Source: Candidatus Parcubacteria bacterium
GTDB taxonomy: Bacteria > Patescibacteriota > Minisyncoccia > Phycocordibacterales > UBA918
Direction of reading: 5' to 3'
Assembly: GCA_046050355.1 (NCBI GenBank)
Contig: JBJOPW010000002.1
Coordinates: 43,853-107,852, forward strand
DNA: 64,000 nucleotides
In this document: piece after piece, positions 24,767 through 34,124 of the stretch
Layout: the number at the start of each line of letters is the position of its first letter
How positions within the stretch are numbered: position 1 is the stretch's first letter
Notes under the pieces: generated by a model
Database searches by the model: none
What the model saw: only the letters and a program-made list of their open reading frames with translations
What the model was told of the DNA's origin: nothing
Translations under genes and position numbers: made by a program

Positions 24767-25094
24767 TGAATCGAAAAGATGGAGTATTGAAAAGGGATAG
24801 AGAAAATGAAAAAGGTATAAAACAGCCAGAAAGCAAAGCTTTCTGGCTGTTTTATATGTTGCAATTCCATTTCCAATTTTCCATAATTAATACGGTGGAT
24901 ATGTACCCTCGACGTTCGATAGGCTCATGTATGATAGAGGGTAAGGAGTAAGCGATATTGGGCAGGGACTATGTTTCGCGACGACATGGTCCCCGCCGAG
25001 CATCGCTTTTTCTTATGGTCGAATGCAGCCTGGCTTAGCGTAGAAATGGTTGTGATACCTAGAGCTTTATTGCCAATTTTGTATAATAACCAAT

Positions 25095-26033
25095 ATGTTA
25101 CGTCTGTTAGCGGTGTTGCTCATCTGTTCGTTGGCACTATATTGGTATGCGGCGGTGGGTATGGTCTGTCCGGCTCCTTTGACATACCAGATCAATCAGC
25201 AAATCGATGAACGTTTTGGTATTACAGCAACTGAGCTCGAAGAGGCAACGGAAAAAGCAATTGGTATCTGGGAGACCGCGTCAGGACGTGAACTTTTTAC
25301 GCTAGCGACCAGTAAGGATGTCGAGGTTACTATCAACCTCGTATTTGACGACCGACAGGCCGCCTTGCTAGCAGAAGAGACAATCAGGGAGTCTTTAACT
25401 CATAAAGAAATGAGCTCAGTACAACTCCAAGAAACCTATGACTCCTTGGTGGCGGAATACCAAACAGCCAAGCAGACACATGAGGCACATGTGGCTGCAT
25501 ACGAAGATCGACTGGCAGCCCATAATGCGCTTGTGGCAACCTACAATGAAGCTGGTGGGGTGCCAGAGGCAGAGTATGCGGCCTTACAAAAAGCCGAGAG
25601 TGCCCTCGCTCGTGAGGCAGACACCCTCGAAAGCGAAACCGAGCGACTCAACAATCTAGCGCGCGAGATTAATAGTGTCGGTGAAAGAGGTAACCAAATC
25701 ATCCGTCAATATAATGAAGGCGTCACCACGTACAATGAACGTTTTGGTGCCGCTGAAGAGTTTACGGAGGGTGACTATCAAAATGGACAAATCAATATTT
25801 ATACCTTTAAAAATAAGGATGAATTAGTTAAGGTGTTGGCTCATGAGTTTGGTCACGCGCTCTCTATCCCTCACGTTGAGGGAAGTGAATCCGTCATGTA
25901 TTATTTACTTGAGGATCAACCGACGCCTCTCACCCTTTCTGCTGAGGACACGGCCGCTCTCGTGACGGTATGTGGCAACACTGGCAGTGTGGGGACGCAG
26001 GTTCGTACACTCATTAATCGTTATATTATTTAG
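25095..26033 (+). CDS. Membrane-anchored zinc metalloprotease (metzincin/matrixin-like).
   Basis: HEFGHALSIPH = HExxHxxGxxH zinc-binding motif. N-terminal TM/signal. Central coiled-coil-like Ala/Glu-rich region. Confidence 0.65.
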   Translation: MLRLLAVLLICSLALYWYAAVGMVCPAPLTYQINQQIDERFGITATELEEATEKAIGIWETASGRELFTLATSKDVEVTINLVFDDRQAALLAEETIRESLTHKEMSSVQLQETYDSLVAEYQTAKQTHEAHVAAYEDRLAAHNALVATYNEAGGVPEAEYAALQKAESALAREADTLESETERLNNLAREINSVGERGNQIIRQYNEGVTTYNERFGAAEEFTEGDYQNGQINIYTFKNKDELVKVLAHEFGHALSIPHVEGSESVMYYLLEDQPTPLTLSAEDTAALVTVCGNTGSVGTQVRTLINRYII

Positions 26034-26036
26034 TTT

Positions 26037-26825
26037 ATGAATAGTCTATTTAGCTCAGCTATCAATCGCACATTGGCAACCTTGGTGTTGGTTGGTGTTG
26101 TTATTGCTCTTGGTAGTTATGCGTACGTCACACTCAAGAATGCTGGTGGTTGGGTGGGTCCAACCACCATCAACGTGGTTGGCAATGGAGAAGTAACAGC
26201 CGTACCAGATATTGCCACGTTCTCTTTTTCGGTTAAAGCTGAGGGCGCCGATGCTGCTACCGCTCAGGCTAAGTCTGCTGAAGCCATGAAGGCAGTCAAT
26301 GACTACCTCAAAGGGGAAGGAGTAGAAGAAAAAGATATAAAAACTACCGGTTATAATCTCAATCCAAAGTACTCCTATGAAGAGCGACCATGTGCCATGG
26401 GTATGTGGTGTCCACCAGGTGAGCAGAAGATGAATGGCTTTGAGGTCTACCAGACCGTTACCGTTAAGGTTCGAGATACTGCTAAGGCTGGGAATCTTCT
26501 AACTGGAGTTGGTGAGAAAGGAGCCACTGATATTAGTGGGCTTGGCTTCACTATTGATAATGAAGAAGAATCGAAAGCTAAAGCGCGTGAGTTGGCGATC
26601 AAAGATGCCAAGGCACAAGCAGAAGCTCTCGCTACACAACTGGGTGTCCGATTGGTCGAAATGACTGGTTACTATGAAGAGTCACCATATAATCCATCAC
26701 CATACTATGGTATGGGTGGTGATATGGCCATGTCGGCGAAGGCTGAAATGGCACCAGCAGCTGATGTACCGATGGGTGAAAATACGATTACGAGTCGAGT
26801 CAATTTGACCTACCGAGTACGGTAA
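26037..26825 (+). CDS. SIMPL-domain (DUF541, YggE-like) secreted protein.
   Basis: N-terminal TM/signal. Two-lobed SIMPL-like pattern (VTAVPDIATFSFSV..., ...ITSRVNLTYRV). Confidence 0.65.
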   Translation: MNSLFSSAINRTLATLVLVGVVIALGSYAYVTLKNAGGWVGPTTINVVGNGEVTAVPDIATFSFSVKAEGADAATAQAKSAEAMKAVNDYLKGEGVEEKDIKTTGYNLNPKYSYEERPCAMGMWCPPGEQKMNGFEVYQTVTVKVRDTAKAGNLLTGVGEKGATDISGLGFTIDNEEESKAKARELAIKDAKAQAEALATQLGVRLVEMTGYYEESPYNPSPYYGMGGDMAMSAKAEMAPAADVPMGENTITSRVNLTYRVR

Positions 26826-26887
26826 CAATATCCCCTAGACAGGACACAGAGAACAAAAGACCCAAAAAGGGTCTTTTGTTTAATTGT

Positions 26888-26916
26888 TTGACACCCTCAC
26901 AATTGGGGAGTATAGT
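26888..26916 (+). promoter_or_regulatory. Sigma-70-type promoter upstream of secE-nusG.
   Basis: TTGACA, 17-bp spacer, TATAGT. Followed at 26925-26950 by a short hairpin CGCC-ACCCGA-GGCG and a T-run. Confidence 0.45.
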
Positions 26917-26981
26917 GTAGTCAAATCGCCACCCGAGGCGTTTTTATTTTGACCAGTCATTAGTAATATATACATCTATCT

Positions 26982-27170
26982 ATGGAACGTTTCTCGCGCT
27001 ATATTCGCGCAACAATCGCTGAGATGAAGCATGTGAAGTGGCCTAGTCGTCGTCAGGCAACAGTATACACCGCCTTGGTACTGGGTATTTCAGCGGTAGT
27101 GATGACCTTTGTGTCGTTAGCAGACTTTGTCTTTACTTCCGGTATCGACTTTATTGTTAACCGTATCTAA
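26982..27170 (+). CDS. secE: Preprotein translocase subunit SecE.
   Basis: 62-aa protein with a single C-terminal TM (VYTALVLGISAVVMTFVSLADFVF). Conserved position immediately upstream of nusG. Confidence 0.7.
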   Translation: MERFSRYIRATIAEMKHVKWPSRRQATVYTALVLGISAVVMTFVSLADFVFTSGIDFIVNRI

Positions 27171-27175
27171 TTCCT

Positions 27176-27721
27176 ATGGCCAAACAACATTCAACCGGTG
27201 AGCGTCGCTGGTACGCCATTCATACTTATTCCGGGTATGAAAACGCGGTTGCGCGTAATCTCCGTCAGCGTATTGATTCTCTCAATATGCAGGACAAAAT
27301 CTTTGATGTCGTCGTTCCGTCAGAGAAGAAGATCCGTGTCAAAGGTGGTAAGCGAGTGACTGAAGAAGAAAATTTGTTTCCAGGGTATGTACTGGTCGAG
27401 ATGATTGTTGATGATGAATCATGGTATGTCGTTCGGAACACGCCTCGGGTAACGGGCTTTGTGGGATCAGGTACTCAACCAGTCCCACTCTCAGACGCTG
27501 AATACCGCGCGCTCGTGCGCCAGATGTCTGATGATACACCAACTCACAAAGTTGATCTCTCGGCTGGAGATATGGTTATTATTGCGGATGGTCCATTTAA
27601 GGATCTCGAAGGTAAAGTGGGTGAGGTCGACGAGAAGTCAGGTAAGGTAAAGGTCTTGGTGGCTATGTTCGGGCGCGAGACACCGGTTGAACTCGACTTT
27701 CTCCAGATCAAGAAGGTGTAA
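27176..27721 (+). CDS. nusG: Transcription termination/antitermination factor NusG.
   Basis: RRWYAIHTYSGYENAV NGN domain and C-terminal KOW (GKVGEVDEKSGKVKVLVAMFGRETPVEL). Confidence 0.85.
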   Translation: MAKQHSTGERRWYAIHTYSGYENAVARNLRQRIDSLNMQDKIFDVVVPSEKKIRVKGGKRVTEEENLFPGYVLVEMIVDDESWYVVRNTPRVTGFVGSGTQPVPLSDAEYRALVRQMSDDTPTHKVDLSAGDMVIIADGPFKDLEGKVGEVDEKSGKVKVLVAMFGRETPVELDFLQIKKV

Positions 27722-27822
27722 GGCTGCGTTCACTTTGGGAGTAAAATATTCCGTGTCGACACTGCCAAGCGAATGCAAAACGCACAGAAAGCCACCGGTA
27801 GCAAACCCGGTGGCTTTCGCCA

Positions 27823-27851
27823 TTTTACAAAACTACACTTCATGGTATAAT
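27823..27851 (+). promoter_or_regulatory. Promoter of rnpB.
   Basis: TTTTAC, 17-bp spacer, TATAAT, ending about 8 nt before the RNA start. A hairpin terminator of nusG lies at 27790-27819. Confidence 0.45.
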
Positions 27852-27859
27852 CAAGAAAC

Positions 27860-28265
27860 GCGGATGGTTGCGAATTCGAGTTGTGTAATTACCATCTCGA
27901 GTTTGAGGAAAGTCCGGACACAGCGTCAATAGAAATATTGTCGAGACAGGTAGTGGGTAATACCCATCCTGAGCAATCAGCGAGGTGCGAGCAGAGACGC
28001 CCGCGGCGAAAGCCAACGGCTACCCACCAGGGTAGAGCTTGTATGGCAACATACAAGGTGAAACGGCTAAATCCTTACCCCTGTGCAAGGCCGTGCCGAG
28101 CACGTAGTCTGGATACATAATCTCTATGATTACATTTCAGACTACGTGCTTGGAGAGCTGCAAGAGGTGATCAGTAATGATCATCCCAGGTATATAACCA
28201 TCTCGAGCCAATGGCTCGAACAGAATCCGGCTTACAGCGTATCAAACACTCCCTTAGGGGAGTTT
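27860..28265 (+). ncRNA. rnpB: RNase P RNA (bacterial type).
   Basis: P4 5' strand GAGGAAAGTCCGGAC at 27905-27919 and P4 3' strand ACAGAATCCGGCTTA at 28220-28234 match the universally conserved RNase P RNA motifs. Ends with terminator hairpin CTCCCTTAGGGGAG plus T5 at 28247-28268. All six-frame ORFs inside are judged spurious. Confidence 0.8.
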
Positions 28266-28359
28266 TTGATTGCTACAATTACATCACTTTAACCATACTT
28301 TGTGTCTAGAGTTATTTGACATGTAGCTACATTAGTATATTATTGTAGCTACAACTGGT

Positions 28360-28602
28360 ATGACACGAAAGCAGAAAGTATTAGAACAATTTCTGGCAGA
28401 TCCAGTCCGCTGTTCACTGTCTGAGATTGAACAAATATTGTTGACTCATGATTGCATGCGGATTACTGCCAAAGGCAGTCATGTGAAATGGAAACATTAC
28501 AATCTGTCCCGAGACCTTGTTATTCCAGTACACCAAAACGACTGTAAAAATTTTTACAAAAAAGAAGCGCTGAAGTTTATAAAAGAAATTCGTAACACCT
28601 AG
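28360..28602 (+). CDS. hicA: HicA-family toxin (mRNA interferase, YcfA-like).
   Basis: 80 aa. GSHVKWKHYNLSRDLVIPVH matches the HicA core (GSH..f.hp....v.vP.H). AT-rich. Confidence 0.55.
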   Translation: MTRKQKVLEQFLADPVRCSLSEIEQILLTHDCMRITAKGSHVKWKHYNLSRDLVIPVHQNDCKNFYKKEALKFIKEIRNT

Positions 28603-28606
28603 AACC

Positions 28607-28924
28607 ATGACTACCGCCACTATAACTGTCCAAAACAAAAAGTATGAATATACCCTTGCTCCCGTAAGGGGGACGGGTGACGTTGTGCGTTTTGTCTGCA
28701 AAGCGGCCAAGATTGATCAAGAGTTTCTCGCTGAGGATATTCCAGCGCTTATATTTGACCTTCCCGCCCTTATTGTGGCCGAAAAGAAACATAATGCCAG
28801 TCAATCTGAGGTGGTGCGTTTCCGCGTATCCTCCGTCGATAAGAAAAAAATTGAACAAAAAGCCATTGCTAAAGGTTATGATTCAGTTTCTGATTACTTG
28901 CGCGCTGTTGCTGTAGCACCTTAG
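28607..28924 (+). CDS. hicB: Putative HicB-like antitoxin with a C-terminal ribbon-helix-helix-like segment.
   Basis: Immediately downstream of hicA with a 4-nt gap. C-terminal KKIEQKAIAKGYDSVSDYLRAVAV resembles a CopG/RHH DNA-binding motif. Confidence 0.4.
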   Translation: MTTATITVQNKKYEYTLAPVRGTGDVVRFVCKAAKIDQEFLAEDIPALIFDLPALIVAEKKHNASQSEVVRFRVSSVDKKKIEQKAIAKGYDSVSDYLRAVAVAP

Positions 28925-29043
28925 TGTAATGTTGCAAAATAGCGGTTTTCTTGTATACTGAGCCTCGCTTCTAAAAGCTAGTCGCTCGTGGCTATGGAAA
29001 ACACGGCGGGTAGCGCACACGTTAATTATTTCAACAAAACATC

Positions 29044-29472
29044 ATGGCAAAGAAACTTGTAAAGAAGATCAAGGTTCAGTCAGTGGGTGGTAAGGCAACG
29101 CCAGCTCCACCACTCGGACCAGTACTCGGTCAGGCCGGTATTAATATCGGTGAGTTCGTCAATCAGTTCAATGAACAGACTCGTGGCGAGCGCATGGGTG
29201 AAGTAGTCCCAATCGAAATCTCAGTCTACGATGACCGTTCGTTTACGTTTATCCTCAAGACCTCACCAGCGTCACGCCTCATCTTGAAGAAGATGGGTAA
29301 GGATAAAGGTTCGCAAAAGCCAGGTATTCAGAGTGGTGGAACTATTACCAAGGCGCAGATTCGCGAGATTGCCGAAATCAAGGCCGTTGATCTCACTGCC
29401 GCTTCAGTTGAAGCTGCGATGAAGAGTATTGAAGGTACAGCTCGATCAATGGGCGTAAAAGTCGTTGACTAG
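29044..29472 (+). CDS. rplK: 50S ribosomal protein L11.
   Basis: KVQSVGGKATPAPPLGPVLGQAGINIGEFVNQFNEQT highly conserved L11 N-terminal domain. A terminator hairpin follows at 29493-29522. Confidence 0.9.
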   Translation: MAKKLVKKIKVQSVGGKATPAPPLGPVLGQAGINIGEFVNQFNEQTRGERMGEVVPIEISVYDDRSFTFILKTSPASRLILKKMGKDKGSQKPGIQSGGTITKAQIREIAEIKAVDLTAASVEAAMKSIEGTARSMGVKVVD

Positions 29473-29659
29473 TCTCATTCCTTAAACTAACAAAAGACCG
29501 GCACATTTGTGTCGGTTTTTTGTATTTGCGGTTGACGCATCCCCTCAGCTGTCCTCTCGTGTCCTGATCTTGAGGGTCTCTGTAAGAAATGGGGAAGTGA
29601 GGCGTCAAAGGGTTTGGAGCCCCAATAATGGGGTGTGTAAAAATGAAAGAGAGGCAGTC

Positions 29660-30064
29660 ATGCTAGATCAACTGTTGGCCATCAAGAAGCCGGAACTTGT
29701 CATCGTTGTTCACGATCTCGTTCCCGGTCCGTCACCTTTTTCGCGTCCTTCGCCGCGAAGTGTTTCGGCAGCGGTTGCAGACCAGCCTTCTATCTGGGGT
29801 GTTGCCAAGCGTGTGCAGATGTTGCTGGTTCCTCCGAGCGATCGAGTAACCGGTTCGTTCACCGTCCACGAGTCTCGGCGTGTCGAAGTGAATGGTGCTG
29901 ACCGATTCTACTTCATGGTCAGTGGTCACAATTTCAGCTTTCACGAACGACTGCCGAGGCAGTTCTTCCAACCAGGTTCAGCAGCTGCCATGTTTGGACC
30001 CACCGACGGTCCAATCGTCGAAGAGATGATCCAAAAGTTCCTCGATGAGTTGCGACAGAAGTAA
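29660..30064 (+). CDS. Hypothetical protein (134 aa) with atypically GC-rich, Pro/Ser-rich composition.
   Basis: ATG with AAAGAGAGG Shine-Dalgarno. Codon usage visibly more GC-rich than neighbours. Followed by a GC-rich terminator at about 30096-30135. The ORF from 29507 was trimmed. Confidence 0.4.
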   Translation: MLDQLLAIKKPELVIVVHDLVPGPSPFSRPSPRSVSAAVADQPSIWGVAKRVQMLLVPPSDRVTGSFTVHESRRVEVNGADRFYFMVSGHNFSFHERLPRQFFQPGSAAAMFGPTDGPIVEEMIQKFLDELRQK

Positions 30065-30138
30065 GTCGCCAGCCAAGGTCAGCATCGCTGACCAATCCAC
30101 CCGTCCGGTTCTGTGTATCCGGGCGGTTTTGCAATCAG

Positions 30139-30654
30139 TTAATTTAGGCGTTTAAAATCAACCCACTCAAAGTTGATACCGTCATGCGTCTGCATCTCAC
30201 TGGTATGTACGGGCGTAAAGCTGGTAGCAAAATCAGGGAAGATGGTATCGCCTGGTGTATCGTCATGAAAAAAGGTGAGATGGAGGAAGTCGGTGTAGGG
30301 GAGTGCCAGGCGATAGAGCTCAGCGCCACCACCGATGTGGATCTCGGACGGATTCTCCTCCGCTGCCAAGGCAAAAGCCGTTTCCAAATCATTGGCGACG
30401 AGCACACCTTGGGGCGCCGGATATGTTGTGTCTCTCGTGACCACAATGTTCGTCCGTCCTGGTAGTGGTTTGCCGAGAATTGCCACTATCGATTCAAAGG
30501 TCTTCCGACCCATAATCACCGGCTTGCCGAGGGTGAGTTCCTTAAACCGCTTCATATCAGCTGGTACATGCCACAAAAGACCATTGTCTTGGCCAATAGC
30601 GCGGGTGCTTTTGCCCATACTGGCTACAATAACGATAGGGATATTTCTATACAT
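30139..30654 (-). CDS. folA: Dihydrofolate reductase.
   Basis: IVIVASMGKSTRAIGQDNGLLWHVPADMKRFKELTLGKPVIMGRKTFESI... canonical DHFR motifs. Confidence 0.85.
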   Translation of the reverse strand: MYRNIPIVIVASMGKSTRAIGQDNGLLWHVPADMKRFKELTLGKPVIMGRKTFESIVAILGKPLPGRTNIVVTRDTTYPAPQGVLVANDLETAFALAAEENPSEIHIGGGAELYRLALPYTDFLHLTFFHDDTPGDTIFPDFATSFTPVHTSEMQTHDGINFEWVDFKRLN

Positions 30655-30751
30655 AATACTATTATGACATGTTCAAAGGCGGCTGTCTTTTGGTGGTCTT
30701 TGTTGCGTAATGGTACACTTATGGTCACTAATCACTAAGAACTACAAACTT

Positions 30752-31426
30752 ATGGCTCATTATGAAATCGAAATTAAGAGTTTGCTTGGTACACCGGAGC
30801 GTGCAGCTGAGATTAAATCAAAAATGGCGACCGCTGACCCAAGTTTAAAACTCACTTCAGAAAACACCCAGCTCAATCACTATTTTGAAGGTGGCGATAT
30901 AAAAGTGCTGGCTTCCAGTGTCGAACACCTATTTTTAGTCGATATATTTGCTAAACTGACGAAGATTGTTTCTATTGGCAAAAACTTCTCTGTCCGGACA
31001 CGGCAACGAGACGAGGAAGTCCTGTTGGTGATAAAAGCTTCGATTGATTCAGGTACAAGTGAGAATACAGTTTCGCGGTTAGAGTTTGAGGAACCAGTTG
31101 TATTGAGTCTCGAGGAACTAGACGTTTTGGTCTTATCTGCCGGCTACACGTATCAAGCTAAATGGTCTCGCACTCGCGAAGAATATGCATACAAAGGGAT
31201 CAATGTCTGTTTCGATAAAAATGCTGGTTATGGATATGTGGCTGAATTTGAGAAAATTCTCCACGATGAATCAGAACTGTCAGCTGCACGTCAAGAACTT
31301 GATGAGCTAATGGGTGAGTTGGGAGTAGAAGAGTTATCGCAAGAGCGTTTGGCACGAATGTTTGCTCACTATAATACTAACTGGTCTCAGTACTACGGAA
31401 CTGATAAAATATTTATCATAGAATAA
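30752..31426 (+). CDS. CYTH-domain protein (CyaB-like triphosphate tunnel metalloenzyme).
   Basis: N-terminal YEIEIKSLL resembles the CYTH EIERKF-type motif. About 224 aa. Start trimmed to the ATG at 30752. Confidence 0.6.
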   Translation: MAHYEIEIKSLLGTPERAAEIKSKMATADPSLKLTSENTQLNHYFEGGDIKVLASSVEHLFLVDIFAKLTKIVSIGKNFSVRTRQRDEEVLLVIKASIDSGTSENTVSRLEFEEPVVLSLEELDVLVLSAGYTYQAKWSRTREEYAYKGINVCFDKNAGYGYVAEFEKILHDESELSAARQELDELMGELGVEELSQERLARMFAHYNTNWSQYYGTDKIFIIE

Positions 31427-31434
31427 TTCGTTAT

Positions 31435-31995
31435 ATGTTTCTGTCAGATAAAGATATTTTAGCGGAGGTTAAGGCTGGTAATATTACCCTCGAACCATTT
31501 GTGCAAAAACAATTACAACCGGCTACCTACGATATTCGGTTAGGTAATACATTTATTGTCAATGATGCTCACTCAACTAAAGCCATCGATCCTGTTAAAG
31601 GAATTTTTCCTAAGACACAAACAATTGAGGTAGCTGATGGTGGTGAGTTTGTACTTCATCCCGGAGTGAGTATCCTTGGCTACTCAAAAGAACGGTTTGG
31701 TTCCGATAGCTATTTGATTGAAGTAAATGGTAAGTCGAGCCTTGCGCGCATTGGTCTTATCGTTCACAACTCAGCTAGTATCGTAAACCCAGGTCATTAT
31801 CTACAAATCGCCCTTGAGCTTTGCAATCTCAACAATGTGCCAATCATTCTTCGACCTGGAATGCTTATCGCTCAACTCTCGTTTTCAACTCTCAGTTCAC
31901 ACACGAATAAGACCTACGGTGAGACAGGTCGCTATCACGAAAACAACATTGTAGGGTATGTTCCACCGAAGACAAAGAAGTCGACCAAAAAATAG
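31435..31995 (+). CDS. dcd: dCTP deaminase.
   Basis: MFLSDKDILAEVKAGNITLEPF..ATYDIRLG.. dUTPase-fold Dcd pattern. 186 aa. Confidence 0.85.
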   Translation: MFLSDKDILAEVKAGNITLEPFVQKQLQPATYDIRLGNTFIVNDAHSTKAIDPVKGIFPKTQTIEVADGGEFVLHPGVSILGYSKERFGSDSYLIEVNGKSSLARIGLIVHNSASIVNPGHYLQIALELCNLNNVPIILRPGMLIAQLSFSTLSSHTNKTYGETGRYHENNIVGYVPPKTKKSTKK

Positions 31996-32021
31996 TAGCA
32001 CTTTAAATACATTATTATATT

Positions 32022-33035
32022 ATGTCAACCAAACACCCAGAGTACCAATACCTTGATCTGTGTCGGGATATTTTAGAAAATGGAGCTGATAAAGAGTTGT
32101 TTTTCAATCAAGTCGTATTGGATGAATACAAAACTAAGGGCGAGGAACCTCCGTTTATTCGTTCAGTTTTTGGAAGACAAATCCGTTTTGATTTATCTAA
32201 AGGTTTTCCATTGTTAACTACTAAAAGAACTTTTTGGCGTGGGATTACTACAGAACTTATTTGGTTTCTGAGTGGCAGTTCAAATATCCGACCGCTACTT
32301 GAGGTCAATAATCATATCTGGGATGAATGGGCATGGAAAATGTATCATATGTGGGCTTTGGAACACGCTCCAAATGAAGATTTATCACAAGAAGATTTTA
32401 TTCAAAAATTAACTGATTTACCAGCCGATGATCCATTTGTACAGAGATGGGGAGATCTCATTACAATTTATGGTCGCATGTGGCGTCGTTGGCCAGCAAA
32501 AGACGGACGTGAGATAGATCAGCTGGCGTGGGTAATTGAAGGGCTAAAGAAAAAGCCCGATCGAAAATCTTATGTCGTGAGCGCTTGGAACCCCGACTTC
32601 ATTTATGAAATGGCATCTGAGGGGCAGAAATCTCACGTACCGCCGTTCTGCCACACCATGTTTCAGTTTCAGGTTGCAGATGGAAAATTAAATCTCGGAC
32701 TGTATCAACGGTCGGCCGACTTATTCCTTGGTGTGCCATTTAATATTGCCAGTTATGCCTTATTACTTGAAATGGTTGCTCAAATTGTAAATATTCCAGC
32801 TGGAGAGTTCGTACATACTTTCGGTGATGTTCATATTTACAGTAATCATTTTGATCAAGTAAAAGAGCAGCTTACTCGTGAACCGTATAAGTTTCCAACC
32901 TTGTCACTTAATAAGAGTGTAACTAATATTGATGATTTCAAACTTGACGATATCATCCTCAATGATTATCAAGCACACCCGTTGCTTAAGGGCGAAATAG
33001 CTAATATTGGTGGTTTTGACGAAAAGAAGAAATAA
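32022..33035 (+). CDS. thyA: Thymidylate synthase (ThyA-type).
   Basis: PPCHTMFQFQV and YQRSADLFLGVPFNIASYALLLEMVAQ active-site motifs. Confidence 0.9.
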   Translation: MSTKHPEYQYLDLCRDILENGADKELFFNQVVLDEYKTKGEEPPFIRSVFGRQIRFDLSKGFPLLTTKRTFWRGITTELIWFLSGSSNIRPLLEVNNHIWDEWAWKMYHMWALEHAPNEDLSQEDFIQKLTDLPADDPFVQRWGDLITIYGRMWRRWPAKDGREIDQLAWVIEGLKKKPDRKSYVVSAWNPDFIYEMASEGQKSHVPPFCHTMFQFQVADGKLNLGLYQRSADLFLGVPFNIASYALLLEMVAQIVNIPAGEFVHTFGDVHIYSNHFDQVKEQLTREPYKFPTLSLNKSVTNIDDFKLDDIILNDYQAHPLLKGEIANIGGFDEKKK

Positions 33036-33046
33036 TTCGAATCAGT

Positions 33047-33733
33047 ATGGAAAAAGCAAAATTAATTGTGGTCGACGGCGGAGCCAATATTGGTAAGGCG
33101 ACGCAGGCCGATATGCTCATGAATCGTCTTATCAATGAGGGGTACCAGGTCGGAAAGATGGATTTCCCACGTTACAACCAAAACACTATCGGACACTTCA
33201 TTAACGAGTTTATTGATAGTGATAGTCCGTCGCTCGCAACCTTGCCACCAAAGTGTTTTGCTGTTCTCTTTGCGGCTGACCGCTACGAATCAAAAAAGCA
33301 GATTGAAGAGTGGGTGGCCGAAGGTCGGGTGATTATCTTCGACCGCTATGTGAGCGCCTCGATGTTGCACCAAGGGAGCAAGATTGCCGATATCGACCAA
33401 CGTGAAGAATTTCTCCGCTGGGTAGAGCATGTTGAGTACGAAATCTTTGGGATGCCACGACCGGATTTGACCGTCTATCTTGATGTGCCGCCAAACGAAA
33501 GCGACAAGCTCCTCGGCTATGTGGAGGAACTTGGCGTAAAAGTGGTCAATGACGAAAGTAAGGCAAAGATTGACCAAGCCAAAGTCTCAGACTGTGCCAA
33601 GTATCTTGCTGCCATCAATCACAACTGGGTGACAGTACCGTGTCTTGAGGGAGGGGAACTCCGTAACCGTGATGCGATTCACGAAGAAGTGTATACCGCA
33701 GTAAAGTCCAAATTACTCACTACACCAGCCTAA
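33047..33733 (+). CDS. tmk: Thymidylate kinase-like protein (divergent P-loop).
   Basis: IVVDGGANIGKATQ (variant P-loop), FDRYVSASMLHQG (DRY..S..YQG-like) and PDLTVYLDV lid/LID motifs. Confidence 0.65.
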   Translation: MEKAKLIVVDGGANIGKATQADMLMNRLINEGYQVGKMDFPRYNQNTIGHFINEFIDSDSPSLATLPPKCFAVLFAADRYESKKQIEEWVAEGRVIIFDRYVSASMLHQGSKIADIDQREEFLRWVEHVEYEIFGMPRPDLTVYLDVPPNESDKLLGYVEELGVKVVNDESKAKIDQAKVSDCAKYLAAINHNWVTVPCLEGGELRNRDAIHEEVYTAVKSKLLTTPA

Positions 33734-33752
33734 ATATCGGACTGGTATAGGG

Positions 33753-34124
33753 TTAGTACATTGCGGTGCGAACACGATTCACCACCTCTTTGGGTTCGAC
33801 ATTGGCTTTGACAATGTAGTCTTCTGGCTTGAGCGACACCGCCTCGTAGACATTGACTGGGTCACTGAAGTTGGTGAGGTAGATGACTTTGGCCGTTCGC
33901 CCCCACTCATCTTCGCGGATTTTTTTCATGGCTTCATAGCCGTCCATGTTGGGCATGTCGATGTCCATGAGGATAATTGATGGATGATGTTCGAGCGCCA
34001 GGGCGATAGCCTCGTTGCCGTCTTTGGCGATGATCACGTTGATACCCGCTTCGCTGAAGGCAAAGCGATACATCTCACGGAGCACCATGTCGTCGTCAAC
34101 AAGTAAAATAGATTTTTGATCCAT
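33753..34124 (-). CDS. Stand-alone response-regulator receiver domain (CheY-like).
   Basis: ILLVDDD...D..MP.MDG...KKIR receiver signature with the phospho-acceptor Asp in ILMDIDMP. Confidence 0.8.
   Translation of the reverse strand: MDQKSILLVDDDMVLREMYRFAFSEAGINVIIAKDGNEAIALALEHHPSIILMDIDMPNMDGYEAMKKIREDEWGRTAKVIYLTNFSDPVNVYEAVSLKPEDYIVKANVEPKEVVNRVRTAMY

Noticed and set aside
27881-28292. Three six-frame ORFs (79, 69 and 81 aa) in the nusG-hicA interval.
   Set aside because: The interval is occupied by RNase P RNA with conserved P4 strands (GGAAAGTCCGG / ACAGAATCCGGCTTA). The ORFs are artefacts of the structured RNA sequence.
29507-29659. N-terminal 51 codons of ORF 29507-30064.
   Set aside because: The extension overlaps the rplK terminator and an apparent leader. 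A strong Shine-Dalgarno sequence precedes the internal ATG at 29660, which is taken as the start.
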